Positions 21,102 through 33,929 of a stretch of 64,000 bases of DNA are shown here, one piece after another. A model generated the notes under the pieces. It saw nothing but the letters and a program-made list of their open reading frames with translations. It did no database searches and was not told the DNA's origin. Location of the stretch: NCBI GenBank assembly GCA_963776275.1, contig CAVZMI010000015.1, positions 96,001 through 160,000 on the forward strand, read 5' to 3'. This DNA is from Ignavibacteriota bacterium. Its GTDB lineage: Bacteria; Bacteroidota; Ignavibacteria; UBA10030; CAVZMI01. Position numbers and translations under genes: made by a program. Position 1 is the stretch's first letter. The number at the start of each line of letters is the position of its first letter.

Positions 21102-22094
21102 CTATTTTCGCAGCAGCCAGATAAAAAAAGGTGCGCCGAGAACTGCCGTAATTGCACCCACCGGTATTTCTGCCGGTGCCAGTATGGTGCGGGCAATCAA
21201 ATCTGCAAGGAGGAGAAATATCGCACCGGTTAGAAATGATGTCGGGAAAACAATCCGGTGATCGGGCCCAAAGAGGATACGACAGATGTGTGGAATGACC
21301 AGACCCACGAAGCCGATGACACCGCTGACAGAAACAACGATCCCGATCATCATGGATGCAAGAATATATGAGATCACTTTCAGTCTTGGAACATTCACGC
21401 CAAGTTGTGTTGCACTGTCTTCACCACTCGCAATCAAATTGAACTGGCGGCCGAACGACCAGAACACCATCGATCCGATAAGAACGACGGGAATAACAAT
21501 AAAGAGTGATGCCGTATTGGCATTGCTTAAATTTCCCAGAAGCCATAAATAACTGGTACGCAGCTCCTGGTTGTACAATGAAATAAGGAGAAGGATTATG
21601 GCATTGAAAAACGTGCCGATCATGACGCCGGCAAGTAATAGAATGTTAGTATCAAGTTGCCCCCGCCGGCGTCCGATGGTATACACAAGAACCATCACGC
21701 TTAACGAGCCAATAAATGAAGCACCCGGAACAAGCGTAGCCGTTCCGGCGACCAATGCAATCAGTGTCCCGACCGTCCCACCGCTTGATATGCCAAGGAT
21801 ATAAGGCTCTGCGAGCGGATTACGAAACAAAGCCTGAAACACACAACCTGTGACGGATAGAGCGGCACCGACCATCATTGCAAGTATTACACGAGGAAAC
21901 CGCAATTGCCAGAGGATCACAAGCTCGCTCGACGGGATGGCGTCGGTTTTTCCCAGAAGTGTGTCTGTAACATGCGAGAAAGGAATCGTCACACTTCCGA
22001 TAGCGAGTGAAACGACACCCGTAATGAAAAGGATCGCAGCAAGACTGCCGGTACTAATTGCCGTACGCCTGAATGTGAGAAAGGGAGGTTTCAT
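21102..22094 (-). CDS. FecCD/BtuC family ABC permease (cobalamin, haem or siderophore)
   Basis: LRFPRV, QALFRNPLAEP, GVIGFVGLVIPH, EIPVGAIT. Confidence 0.92.
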   Translation of the reverse strand: MKPPFLTFRRTAISTGSLAAILFITGVVSLAIGSVTIPFSHVTDTLLGKTDAIPSSELVILWQLRFPRVILAMMVGAALSVTGCVFQALFRNPLAEPYILGISSGGTVGTLIALVAGTATLVPGASFIGSLSVMVLVYTIGRRRGQLDTNILLLAGVMIGTFFNAIILLLISLYNQELRTSYLWLLGNLSNANTASLFIVIPVVLIGSMVFWSFGRQFNLIASGEDSATQLGVNVPRLKVISYILASMMIGIVVSVSGVIGFVGLVIPHICRILFGPDHRIVFPTSFLTGAIFLLLADLIARTILAPAEIPVGAITAVLGAPFFIWLLRK

Positions 22095-23092
22095 CTGTTT
22101 GCAATTTCAATAAATTGCCAGAGTGTTTCAATCAGGCTGTCGATACCCTCGTGTGAGACTGCAGAAATCTGATAAACAGGAATTTTTGTCTCAAATTTTA
22201 TTTTATCCAATTTCTTTCGTGCATTGTCATCGAGCGTATCGATCTTTGTCAGTGCAACGAGGCGCGGTTTATTTAGAAGCGAAGGATTATACGATTCTAA
22301 TTCGTTCATCAGGATTTCAAAATCGTTTTTCGGCTTCTTGCTGAAGCATTCGATTAGAAAAACGAGCACTTTAGTTCTTTCAATATGGCGCAAAAACTGC
22401 ATTCCCAGGCCTTTTCCCAGATGTGCACCCTCGATCAACCCGGGAATGTCAGCAACCGTGAAGCTTTTAAATTCCTTATATCGGACTATACCGAGGTTCG
22501 GGACAAGTGTCGTGAAGGGATAATCCGCGATTTTTGGTTTTGCTGCCGAGATACTGGCTATCAATGTAGATTTCCCGGCATTCGGGAAGCCGATAAGGCC
22601 GACATCTGCGAGAAGCTTCAATTCTAATTGGATTGTTATTTCTTCACCCGGTTCACCCGGTTGTGCAATGCGCGGTGTTTGATTGGTAGGAGTAGCAAAT
22701 TCTGCATTTCCTTTTCCACCCCGTCCGCCGCGAACGACAATAGCGGTATTCCCGTGCTGTAGCAAATCGGCAATGATTTCATCAGTAACAATATTGCGCA
22801 CGATTGTTCCGCACGGAACCTCGAGAACGATGTCATTTCCATTCTTTCCGGTTTTGTTCGCGCTCTGACCGGGGACACCATTACCCGCTTTGTATTGTCG
22901 GTTATATCTGAAATCGAGAAGTGTGTTGAGGTGCTTTGTTGCCCGCACGATGACGTCGCCCCCTTTGCCTCCGGTTCCTCCGTCAGTTAGTCCTTTCGGG
23001 ACGTATTTTTCACGGCGAAAGCTCACCATTCCTTTTCCACCGTGACCGGCGTGAACCGTGATTGTTGCAAGATCGATAAATTGCATCGTCAA
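22091..23092 (-). CDS. obgE: GTPase ObgE/CgtA
   Basis: FRREKYVP, Gly-rich Obg domain, GFPNAGKST, YPFTT, DIPG. Confidence 0.96.
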   Translation of the reverse strand: MTMQFIDLATITVHAGHGGKGMVSFRREKYVPKGLTDGGTGGKGGDVIVRATKHLNTLLDFRYNRQYKAGNGVPGQSANKTGKNGNDIVLEVPCGTIVRNIVTDEIIADLLQHGNTAIVVRGGRGGKGNAEFATPTNQTPRIAQPGEPGEEITIQLELKLLADVGLIGFPNAGKSTLIASISAAKPKIADYPFTTLVPNLGIVRYKEFKSFTVADIPGLIEGAHLGKGLGMQFLRHIERTKVLVFLIECFSKKPKNDFEILMNELESYNPSLLNKPRLVALTKIDTLDDNARKKLDKIKFETKIPVYQISAVSHEGIDSLIETLWQFIEIANR

Positions 23093-24390
23093 TTTGTCCT
23101 TGATTCGGGGTAGCGGGTATAGATGAGATCTGCAAATCGCATGGCATCTTTTGAATCGGGGTCGATATCATTCGTAATAAATATCTCGTCCAGAAATGCC
23201 GCGGCTTCTTTCCAGGTATGTATTTTATTCAGTTTAAGGATAGCAGCAGAGTATTCAACTTCGTTCCGCTTGAATATCTTTTTAATAATTCTCTTTTGTT
23301 CTGAAGGATCGATTGATTTTCTCAGATCGAGGAGTTTCGGCTCTTTTTTTTCAATCACCCCCTCCTCATCGAATGCTTTAACGGATTTTCGGCGTTGAGA
23401 CTCAGGGCCAGTAGGTGTCGGTTTTTGGATCTTTTTTTCTACGACGGGTTTTTTAATCTCCGACGGTGGTTGTGCCAGCGCTTCCGGTGTTATTGCTTCG
23501 GCAGGTGGTTCTTCGCTCATTTCAATCATTTCGGTTTCGTGTGAAGGCTGTTGTTCTTCTTCGGCGACACCTGAAGAGGGTTTTTCCATCTCAACCGAAG
23601 CGTCTTCATTTCCGCTTCGTATTTTTTCAATGATTGTTGCAAGTTGCCAGACGGAGATTTCCTTTACTCCATGAAGCATCTTCTCTTTTTCAAGCCGTGC
23701 GCGTATGGTATCCAGGCGCTTGTCATCGAAGAAAATGATAAGAGCATCGACAGTTACTTCATCTTTATGGTCGGTCTTTCCGAAATTGAGAAAGTCAAAG
23801 ATCGGCGTTGTCAGCCGGGCAAGCTCGATACTATTGTGAGTCTGAACAACACGATCGTCGATTTTCTGGATAAGAAGACGAAACTCGTCGACACGGATTG
23901 ACACAATACCTTTTTCGGTAAAGTATTGCTCCAGGATTTCATTAAAGTACAGGTATTCTGAACAGTATGTAAGCTTAAAAAGAATTTCATGAATGCTTTC
24001 CGTACTTTTTTGATTGAAAAGAAAATTAATCAATGTCCACTCGGGACGGAGCAAATAATTGAAGTAGAAATGGATTGACTTATCCAACGTTGCTAAGAAA
24101 TCGTCACGGTCAAAAACAAACCGACTCACAAGCAACATATCGATCTGTTGTTGCAGGCTTTGAATTTCTGGTAAATTATAGTTGAACCGTTTCGAGGCAG
24201 ATGAAGCCGTACGTTCTTCCTTAAGCCATTGCCGGACTTCGGATTTAAAGTATGTTTTGATTGTTGGCGGTATTGCGCTTCGCTGGACCTGCAAGAGTGA
24301 GATTGTTTCCGCATCAAGAATCGTCGCAGCGATGAGAGCCTGGTTGATTGCCGTCATCTCCTCTTCAAACATGGGGCGCTGTTCGTTCAT
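23089..24390 (-). CDS. Hypothetical protein (acidic linker, C-terminal helical domain)
   Basis: 433-aa ORF overlapping both neighbours by 4 nt (translational coupling). Confidence 0.75.
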   Translation of the reverse strand: MNEQRPMFEEEMTAINQALIAATILDAETISLLQVQRSAIPPTIKTYFKSEVRQWLKEERTASSASKRFNYNLPEIQSLQQQIDMLLVSRFVFDRDDFLATLDKSIHFYFNYLLRPEWTLINFLFNQKSTESIHEILFKLTYCSEYLYFNEILEQYFTEKGIVSIRVDEFRLLIQKIDDRVVQTHNSIELARLTTPIFDFLNFGKTDHKDEVTVDALIIFFDDKRLDTIRARLEKEKMLHGVKEISVWQLATIIEKIRSGNEDASVEMEKPSSGVAEEEQQPSHETEMIEMSEEPPAEAITPEALAQPPSEIKKPVVEKKIQKPTPTGPESQRRKSVKAFDEEGVIEKKEPKLLDLRKSIDPSEQKRIIKKIFKRNEVEYSAAILKLNKIHTWKEAAAFLDEIFITNDIDPDSKDAMRFADLIYTRYPESRTN

Positions 24391-27300
24391 TTTTTCCCCT
24401 CTTGTTGAACAAGGTTTTTCACGCGACGGATTTCTTTTTCGGCAGCGGCTTTGAATGTTGCATCGAGGCCGGGCCGATCGATGATTTGTTGGTACATACC
24501 GATTGCCTGTTTGTACTTACTCATTTTTTCATAGGATTGACCCGACATGTAAAATGCATTCGCGGTCCAATCGATTTTCGTTTTCTTCGTAACCAGGTAT
24601 GGAACTTTTAAAAACTCGAGAATTGCTTCCTGATATTGGGTTTGATAAAAATAGCACTCGCCGAGATAATAACGGATCTCGGCCTCAAGATCGCTGTCCG
24701 CTTCGTCGAGCAGATGTTGGAATTGAATAATAGCCTGATCATAGTAACCGAGTTTTTCGTAAAGAATACCTATATCCACACGTTTGTCGGTAATACTTTC
24801 GTCGTTGGGATATAGTGAAATAAATTTTCGTGTCAATTGCAATGCTGCATCGTACACACCGACCTCTTTATATGCTACAATGATGTTATTCAATGCAAGC
24901 GGAAGAATCTCGGCATCCGTACTACTATCGACGACAACACGGTAATAACCGATGGCTTTTTCATATTGTTCTTTTCGGAAAAAAATATTGCCGAGAGCAA
25001 GCCGGGTTCGTGAAAGGATCGGTGCCGTCGGATATCGCTCCATAACATCCTGTAGAATCTTCACGGCTTCATCGGTACGATTCTGTGTCTCGGTGATGCA
25101 TCCGTTCCAGTACAGAGCTGCAGGGGCCGATGCCGTCTCGTCATAATCGTCAAGGATTTCATCGAACGCCTTTTTTGCCTTCTGATATTCCTGTTTCCTA
25201 TAATAATGGGTACCACGCTCGAGGGTAAATTCAGCAATGAGTTCATATTCATTTTTATAGTTTTTCTTGAATTGTTCGGTTCTGCGCTCGGCGTCTGTAA
25301 TGGCATTGGATCGGAATTGGGCAATGATAATGCGTGATTCGCAATATTTTTTTTCTTCATCGGAAGTACTTTGTTGTTCAATTGTGGAATATTGAATAAT
25401 AGCATCGGCATAGTTACCGCTCTGAAATAAAAGATCGGCCATTTGACGGCGAGTTCCAGCGGCGGCATTCAATTCACTGGCACGTTTGAAGAAAGATGTG
25501 GCCAGCTCAATATTTCCTTCGCTTCGGGCATAATTACCCAGTGCAGTGAGGGCGTCAACGGCGGGTGCACCGGTGTTATCTAGCGTAAGATATTCCCGGT
25601 ATAATTCTTTTGCATGCATGGCATCATTGAGCTTTGCGTAGAGTGATCCAAGCGCGATGATGATATCAGGCCGTGGAGTCTCTGACGTGAACGCATTTTC
25701 TTTTTGTTTATTGAGGAGGGCGTTATACAAAGTAATTGCATCATTGTAGCGTGCAGCGCGGGCTGCAGCTTCCGCCTTGAGAAGTTCTGCCTGCTGTGCA
25801 TACAATGTATATGAAAACTGACTGAGAATCCGGTCACATAATGAAATCGCATCTGCTGTTTTTCCTTCATCGAGGGAATGTTGCGCCCTCCGGATCAACG
25901 CGTCTGCAGTGTGTCGATGGTTGGAGTACAATTCGGAGTATTGTGCATACAGGACTGCAGCAGAATCCTTTCTCCCGCTCAATTCTAGTGCATGGGCTGA
26001 CAGATAAAGAGCCTCCTGATCGGTTGTACCGAAGGGCTGCAGAAGATGCAAGGCACTGTCGTAATTCTGTGCTGTAATCGCCCGTTCAGCGATTTGAATA
26101 GCATAAAAAGCCCGCTTCTCTGGAGAAGAAAGTCTTGCGATGAGTTCGTCTACGCCGGTCAGTAAACCCTCGCGCATCAAACCGCGTTCAAGGGTTACTT
26201 CGGGGGCCAATGATGAAGATGGATATCGCTGCAGAAACTCGTCGTACGCCTTCAACGCATCGTCAGAGACGTGCTCATCGATGGCCGAGAGCAGGCGAAG
26301 CGATCGCGCGCGAGCCACAGAGGCCGTTTGCTGCTGTGTTGTGTCAGAGAGTCCCTGCGCGATTGCATTCGTGTATTGTGCGGCTGCCGAACGATAGTCT
26401 TTCAGATCATTGAAATATATTTCGGCAAGCTTGTATGAAAGATCGGCGCGCGATTGTTGTGCAATTATGTCGGCCATTATTCGTGCGAGTTTGTCAAGGC
26501 CGCCGTCGCGATTCTTAAGTACATACGTCTGTAGTGAATCGATGCGATGCTCGATTGTTTCCGTAAAATCGGTTGCCGGATATTGCTGCAGAATATCTTG
26601 ATATGCTGCAATGGCTTTCTCGGTAGTCGAGGTCGATTCGGTACAGCGTGCAATACCAAAGAATGCTTCGTCGGCATATTCGGAATTGCTATATATGACT
26701 GTAATATCGTGGTATAGTTCCAGTGCCAGAGGAGGATCGTTGAGATTCTTTTCTGCGATTTCGGCCGTAGTTAGCAGCATTCGCGGTGTACCACCATCAT
26801 CAGGGTAGGCAGAAATAAAGTGTCGTGCAAAAGTAATGGCTTCACGATAATGCTTTTGCATTGATGCGTTCTGTGTACAATGGACAAGGGCGAGCCGCGT
26901 TTCAGGCGATGCGGGGAAGCGTTGTACAATCTGTTTGAAATATCCCTGCGATTTCTGAAGATCGTTATTCTGTTCCGATGCTTTGCCGGCAGAGAACAAC
27001 ACTTGTGGAAGAAGCGGACTTACTGGAAATCTCCGGATAAAGGTGTCATATGAACTTAAGGCCGTTCGTATATCGTGCAGCTGGTATGCAGTGGTTCCGT
27101 ATTGAAGAAGTGCATTTTGCTGTAATGTCGTATCAACGTTTGTCGTATCATTAGCCGCTTTTTTCAGCAGGTCGTTTGCAGCCGTAAGATTTCCCTGTTG
27201 ACGGTACAATGTCCCGAGGGCCAGTGCAGCAGCCGGTGCAATTGAACTTTTCCCATACAATGACAATGCTTCGCGAAGATTTTTTTCCGCTTCTTCAATT

Positions 27301-27980
27301 TTTCCGATTGTGGCGTTGAGGTTTCCAAGTGAAACAAGAGCTTCGGCTTTAAGTCCCGGAATTGATCCATCAAGAACGCGGCGAAACTCTGCCCGCGCCT
27401 GCTCGGTATTACCTTCTTTTGCGAACAGCGAACCGAGACGAAGACGTGCTATTAGCACCGATTGATTTGTAGTGTATTCCTGAATAAGTGCGCGGAGGAC
27501 TTTCTTCGCATTTTCCATATCGGATGCGCGCTGGAAGAAATCACTCGCTCGGAGAAGCGCATCCGGCGCAAGTTTGCTTGTCGGATAAAAAACTTTCAGA
27601 CGTTCAAACGCTGAAGCCGCTTCCGCAGCGTTGCCAAGCGCCGCATAAGATTCGCCCACCTGCCACCATGCATCCGCAGCTTTCGGATGCTGGGGATAGC
27701 TGATGGCAAAATTCTGGAATTGTGTGCGTGCCTCTTCGTATCTTTTTAACTTCAGCAATGCGGCGCCAATATAATACCGTGCTTCGATTCCCTGTTCGGT
27801 GTTCGGATATGCTGTAACGAAATTTCTGAATTGATCCACCGCAAGGTCAAAGAGCTGATCATTAAAAAGGTTCAATGCAAGTTTAAAATCGGCATTTTCC
27901 TTGGTATCCTGAGCCGGTGAGAGCGAGGATAATGAACAGACAATGCAGCTAAAAAGGAGAAATTTGTGGATGCGAATCAT
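24387..27980 (-). CDS. Large exported TPR-repeat protein (BamD/CpoB-like repeats)
   Basis: Signal peptide; many TPR helix pairs with YP turns over 1197 aa. Confidence 0.85.
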   Translation of the reverse strand: MIRIHKFLLFSCIVCSLSSLSPAQDTKENADFKLALNLFNDQLFDLAVDQFRNFVTAYPNTEQGIEARYYIGAALLKLKRYEEARTQFQNFAISYPQHPKAADAWWQVGESYAALGNAAEAASAFERLKVFYPTSKLAPDALLRASDFFQRASDMENAKKVLRALIQEYTTNQSVLIARLRLGSLFAKEGNTEQARAEFRRVLDGSIPGLKAEALVSLGNLNATIGKIEEAEKNLREALSLYGKSSIAPAAALALGTLYRQQGNLTAANDLLKKAANDTTNVDTTLQQNALLQYGTTAYQLHDIRTALSSYDTFIRRFPVSPLLPQVLFSAGKASEQNNDLQKSQGYFKQIVQRFPASPETRLALVHCTQNASMQKHYREAITFARHFISAYPDDGGTPRMLLTTAEIAEKNLNDPPLALELYHDITVIYSNSEYADEAFFGIARCTESTSTTEKAIAAYQDILQQYPATDFTETIEHRIDSLQTYVLKNRDGGLDKLARIMADIIAQQSRADLSYKLAEIYFNDLKDYRSAAAQYTNAIAQGLSDTTQQQTASVARARSLRLLSAIDEHVSDDALKAYDEFLQRYPSSSLAPEVTLERGLMREGLLTGVDELIARLSSPEKRAFYAIQIAERAITAQNYDSALHLLQPFGTTDQEALYLSAHALELSGRKDSAAVLYAQYSELYSNHRHTADALIRRAQHSLDEGKTADAISLCDRILSQFSYTLYAQQAELLKAEAAARAARYNDAITLYNALLNKQKENAFTSETPRPDIIIALGSLYAKLNDAMHAKELYREYLTLDNTGAPAVDALTALGNYARSEGNIELATSFFKRASELNAAAGTRRQMADLLFQSGNYADAIIQYSTIEQQSTSDEEKKYCESRIIIAQFRSNAITDAERRTEQFKKNYKNEYELIAEFTLERGTHYYRKQEYQKAKKAFDEILDDYDETASAPAALYWNGCITETQNRTDEAVKILQDVMERYPTAPILSRTRLALGNIFFRKEQYEKAIGYYRVVVDSSTDAEILPLALNNIIVAYKEVGVYDAALQLTRKFISLYPNDESITDKRVDIGILYEKLGYYDQAIIQFQHLLDEADSDLEAEIRYYLGECYFYQTQYQEAILEFLKVPYLVTKKTKIDWTANAFYMSGQSYEKMSKYKQAIGMYQQIIDRPGLDATFKAAAEKEIRRVKNLVQQEGKK

Positions 27981-28251
27981 GATCAGAGCACTGTGAAATT
28001 ATTTTGATAAATGTACTATTTAATGAACTGCCAATCAAGAGCAGTGGCTCTCACAATAAAATTAGGGTTGGTAGTACGGACTGCAACTCACGGACAGGCA
28101 GCTTGAATCTGGAGGCGGAAATCTGTATTTTTCCCAAAGAACGCTCCACTGCCGGGTTACTCACAAAATCGATTTGCCATCTTACACCTAGGCCTTTCAA
28201 GTGGGTTCCCTGAGGCATCTCGGAATATCAAAACTCCTCAAGGAGACGGCT

Positions 28252-31200
28252 ATGCGAAATATCATCCTTCTTTCCTTTTCTCTAATTCTCAGTGTCACAT
28301 CGATGGTCGTTCCCCAAACAAGCGGCAAAGTTGAATTAATCATAACAACACCTATGGGAGAAACTCAGACTATCGATCAAACACAGATGATCGTTGCTAC
28401 TTTCAATCAGCCAATGGTTCCGCTAAGAGAAGTTCCGGTTAATGAAGACAGCGGTTCACTTCTGATTCGACCGACTGTATCCGGTAAATACAGGTGGCAG
28501 GGAACAAGAACATTGAGTTTTATTCCTGCCGACCGCTTGCCATATTCAACGGAATACACTGTGAAGATTCCTGCCGGGACAAAATCAATCTCGGCTAAGG
28601 TCATGGATCGTGATTTTATCTGGAAATTCGAGACACCGAGGCCGAGAGTGATTTCCCATTCTCCTTCAAACCAACAAAAGAATGTTGAATTGGATCATGC
28701 AATTCTCATTCGGTTCAACCAGCCTGTCGACCCGCAAACCGTCAGCAAATGGATTTCAATTGAAGAACATATCGGTAATAACATCGCCTATATTCCATTC
28801 ACAGCGAGTCAGGCCGATGATAAGAAAGAAGTAATAGAGAATACTATCCTTTTAAAATCCACAAATGGATGGCAGAAGGAGGGCGTGTACGTCGTCCGGT
28901 GCAAAGCAGGTATCGTGGGAACAGAGGGCCTTCTTCCCATGACATCGGATTATTCATTCACATTTAAGACATTTAGGGAATTTAAATTTGAAGGTATTAG
29001 AAATGTAGATGGTTTTTATCCAACACAGGCACTTCGTTTACATTTTTCGAATCCGGTACCACGCAAAGAAGTACTCTCTCATTTCTTATGTATTCCACCG
29101 GTTCATATCGAACAGGAAGAGTCAGATGAATATTATCCGACTAACGAAATACATATTTCCCTTCAGCTAGAACCGGAAAAGAACTATATCGGTGTTCTCA
29201 CGCCGGGAATAAAAGATCGCTTCGGGAATATTCTCAAGGATACGGTGAAATTTTCGTTTCGCACCGGATCCTTTTTACCGTCGGTAAAAATGACGACGGT
29301 CCAGGGGTCCTTGAAGCATATGAAGCTCATCGATATCCAGTGACATTCACCAATGTCGATTCAGTCATGCTATCGCTTGGAAGGATTGATCCGGAAAAAA
29401 TTATTCCTGTGATGCGAAGGCTCGACTACTCGGCAGCGCAAGAACTTATCTGGCATGAAGCAATTCTTGATTGGGGCGATGCGCGAAGTGAAGATACATC
29501 GAATTTCACCATAACATCACTCTGGTATCCCTCGATTCCACGAAATAAACCGACGGAATGTGATATTAATCTTGATAAGGTGCTGGGGAAATCGAAGTTA
29601 GGCATCGTGCTTGTCCAGGTCGACAATCTCTTCCGTGATCCCAACAAACGCCGATATCTCAAAGCATTGATTCAGGTGACGAATCTGGGTGTAACCGCAA
29701 AATTTTCGCCCGAGAATAATCTTATATGGGTGACACAACTGAAAGATGCGGAACCTGTAGAAGGTGCAAAAGTCGAAATACGGAATGATAGTAATGTTGT
29801 CATCTGGAAAGGAGAGACAGATAGTCATGGATGTGCAAAGAGTCCGGGATGGGGGAAACTCGGATTCGAAGGCAAGAGAATTTCCGATGAAGAAGAGGAA
29901 TATTGGTACGATTCCGGCCAGCCCCGGCAGTGGGTTATCGTAAAATACAAAGGTGATGTTGCGGTAACAAATTCTGAATGGAACGAAGGGTTGCAGCCGT
30001 GGACGTTCGGAGTTCCTATCGAATGGCGCCCGCAATTTGAACCTATTGAAGGAGAGATCTTTTCCGATCGCGGATTATACAGGGCGGGTGAACAGGTCGA
30101 TATCAAAGGAATTCTCCGTGTCCGCCGTGACGATGAGCTGCGCATTCCCAAATTGATGCCGCTTCGTCTGACGATTCGTAATTCACGCAATGAAGAAATA
30201 TTTAAAACGACACCGGTGCTGTCAGAATTCGGATCATTTGCGACAAGTCTGATGTTAAAGCCCTCGGCTCCGCTCGGTTATTATTCGATGCGGTTAGAGG
30301 TTCAGATGAAATCGAAGGGTAAGGAACGATGGGTGTCGGTCGCTTCGGACGATTTCCGTGTGGAGGCATTCCGTCCCGCGGAATTTCAGGTTATTGCACA
30401 GACAGCAAAGAAATTCTGCATTATCGGTGATACAGTTTCCGGGATTTTCTCGGCGAAATATCTTTTTGGGGCTCCATTACAAAACGCACCGGTTACGTGG
30501 CGCGCATCGGTCTCTCCCTCCTACTGGCAGCCGGAAGGATTTGAAGATTATTTCTTTGGAACAACCGGATGGTTATCAAAATATCGAAGATCGCAATATC
30601 AAGTACTCTCGACAAAAGATACTGTACTCGATAAATTCGGTAATCTTGGTGTCAGTACCGATCTTAACGTTGGAGAAATTCGCGGGACGGCCATGTTAAC
30701 ATTTGAAGCCGAAGTCCAATCGCCATCGCGACAGGCAATTGCCGGCAGAGCATCGGTTGTTGTTCATGGGGGTGAATATTACATAGGAATAGCCCCCGCA
30801 TCGACATTTGTTAAAAGCGACACAATCTTTTCATATAAAATTATCACAGTAACCCCGGAAGGAAAACCGGTGTCAGGACAAACTCTTAACGGTAAGATAT
30901 TCAAAAGAATCTGGCGATCAGTGCGAAAAGCAGAGACGGGGGGACGATACTACTGGCAATCGGAAACTGAAGATATCCCCGTTGATAGTCTAATACTCGA
31001 GAGCGATGGGAAAGCCGTTGTGCAGACATATACACCGAAGGAGCCCGGTTTTTACTATATCCATTTTCAGGGGAAGGATCAACGGGGAAATACAATCACA
31101 AGTGAAGCCTATTTCTATGTCAGTGGTTCGTCATATGTTCCGTGGGAGCGCAGCAATGACGATCGGATTGAATTGATTACGAATAAGAAAAATTATAAGA

Positions 31201-33908
31201 CGGGTGAGACAGCAAGTATAATAGTAAAATCGCCATATGAGAAGGCAATTGCATTGGTTTCACTCGAGCGGAATGGGATTCTACGTCACTTCGTAACGAC
31301 GCTTGTCGGGAGTGCTCCCCAAATCGATCTGCCGATTTCCCGTGATTGTCTGCCGAATGTTTTTGTTTCTGTAATTTTATTACAGGGACGGGTTGCGCGT
31401 CCTGCAGAATCGCGTGAAGCGGATGTCGGTCGTCCATCGTTCAAGATTGGATACACGACGCTCTTGGTCAGCCCGCTGGAAAAAAAGCTTGCCGTTAATG
31501 TTGTATCGACAAAAACGGAGTATCGGCCCGGTGATAGCGTGGAAGTGCAAATTTCAACAAAAGATTTTTCGGGACGGGGAATGTCTGCGGAAGTGACACT
31601 GAGTGTCGCCGACCTTGGCGTCTTGAACCTGATCAACTATCGGCTGCCGGATATCTTCCAGAGATTCTATCGTACTCAATCCCTTGCAGTTGTCACAACA
31701 GAGACGCGCCTGAATCTTGTCAAACAACGAAACTACGGGGAAAAAGGAGAAGATGAAGGCGGCGGCGGGGGTGATGAGAATGCTCAGGGTTACGACGCCG
31801 AAGGTATCAGAAAACTCTTCAAACCTTCCGCATATTGGAATCCATCCATTCTGACGGACCGGAAAGGAAATGCAATCGTGCGGTTTAAACTCCCGGATAA
31901 CCTGACATCGTTTGAAATCATGGCTGTCGCACATACAAAAGAATCGGATTTCGGTTACGGAGAGAACAGTTTCCGGGTCAGCAAACCACTTCTCATGCAT
32001 CCTGCACTTCCACGGTTTGCCCGTGTGGGTGATTCATTCGAAGGAGGCGTTCTCCTGCTGAATTATACAGATAAGGATAGACAGGTTAAATTGATGACGA
32101 ATGTGAAAGGACTTTTATTTAACGGTCCTGATTCCATGGCGTTTACACTTAAAGCGGGGGAAGGAAAAGAAATACGCCATGCATTTCGAGCGGAAAAAAT
32201 CGGAACCGCCGTCCTGACCTTCAAAGTATTATCAGAAACCGATCGTGACGGACTTCAGTGGAAGATACCGATACAAGTCCCACGGCTAAAAGAGACAGTT
32301 GCACTTTATGAATCATCGAAAGATCCGTCAGTAGAAGAGCAGACCGTCGTTCCCAGGAACATCTATAAAGAACTCGGTGAAATTAATGTCACCCTCTCCT
32401 CGACGGCTATGGTGGGACTGGAGAAAGGAATTAAATATTTATTTGAATACCCCTATGGGTGTCTCGAACAGCGCTTATCGCATGCACTCCCTATTATTAT
32501 GGCAAAAGATATAGTCGAATCATTTAATTTTGAAGAGTTGAAAGATAAAAATTACCGTGCGGCCGCAGAGAAAGTCCTTGACGAGATACCGGCATTTCAG
32601 CGCGAGAATGGTGGTTTTTCGTATTGGAAAAATACTTATGATGTGTCGCCGTATCTGTCTGCTTTCGCGATGTATTCACTTGCGCAGGCACAGCGAAATG
32701 GGTATACGGTAGAAAAAAGGGTAATGGATAAAGGATTTCAATATTTAAGGAAAGTCCTTGAAGATGAACAAGATATCTTCTGGTATGATAAAACGGTCTC
32801 CTTCTGTACGGATGCGCTCATTCTCTATACATATGCGCTGGCCGGAAAACCCGATTACGGGTATATGGAAAATCTGTATACTCAACGATCACATATGCCG
32901 CTTTTTGCACGGGCATATTTGCTTAAAGCCTTGAGCGCTGCAAAAGGAAATGAGATGATGATTTCCAATCTAACTCGGGAACTGTTAAACATGGCAAAGG
33001 TTTCATCGACATCTGCTCATTTCGAAGAAGGTGAATCGAATTACTGGGCATGGATTTTCCATTCGAATGTACGAACCACGGCTCTAGTCATGCAGGCAAT
33101 AGTCGAAACACACCTCGAAAATCCGATCATCCCAAAAGTTGTGCGCTGGTTGATCGATCAACAGAAAATGTGTCGCTGGCGTACAACGCAGGAAAATCTG
33201 TATGTTGTCGATGCTCTTGCAACATATTTCAGAAAATATGAAAGTGAAGAACCCGACTTCAAAGCAGAAGCGCTCCTTGAAGGAGGGAAATTGGTGGAAT
33301 CGATTTTTAAAGGACGAAGTCTGAAAACTGCCTCAGGTTCGATAGCTCTCGCGGAACTTATCCCCGGGGTGACATATAAATGGGAATTCAAGAAAGAGGG
33401 TACCGGACGGATGTACCGGAATTTGACGATGAATTATTATCCACAAGGAGAAACGACGGCGAAGGAAGAAGGACTCTCGGTGATGAAAATTATTGTCGAT
33501 CCGCAGAAACCGAATACTCCTCTGGGAACATTAACAGCAGGAAGCGTAGCAAAAATATCGCTCACGATCGCGACGACACAAGATCGGAATTTCGTTGTGG
33601 TGGATGACCCGATTCCGGCCGGATTTGAGATTATCGATCGGTCATTCGAGACGACAGCGTCGAGTATCCTTCCGTCCGAAATGAAACCTGAAGAACAATG
33701 GCGATGGAATCCGTTTAAACATCGGGAGTTTTACGACGATCGTGCGCTCTTTTTTGCCGATTATCTCCCCGCGGGAATTCATACAGTGAGCTATCTGGTA
33801 CGCGCGACACGCTACGGGTCGTTCCAGCTTCCGTCGACTCGCGCAGAAGGAATGTACGAACCGGAGGTCTTCGGTCAGACTAGTTCTAAAATCTTTAAAG
33901 TCGAGTAA
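28252..33908 (+). CDS. Bacterial alpha-2-macroglobulin with N-terminal Ig-like domains; frameshift near 29298
   Basis: SDRGLYRAGE, FKLPDNLTSF, thioester PYGCLEQ, VDDPIPAGFE, EGMYEPE; two ORFs join as MTT-GPGVLEAY. Confidence 0.93.
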
Positions 33909-33929
33909 TATTATTTTATCGATAAAAAC

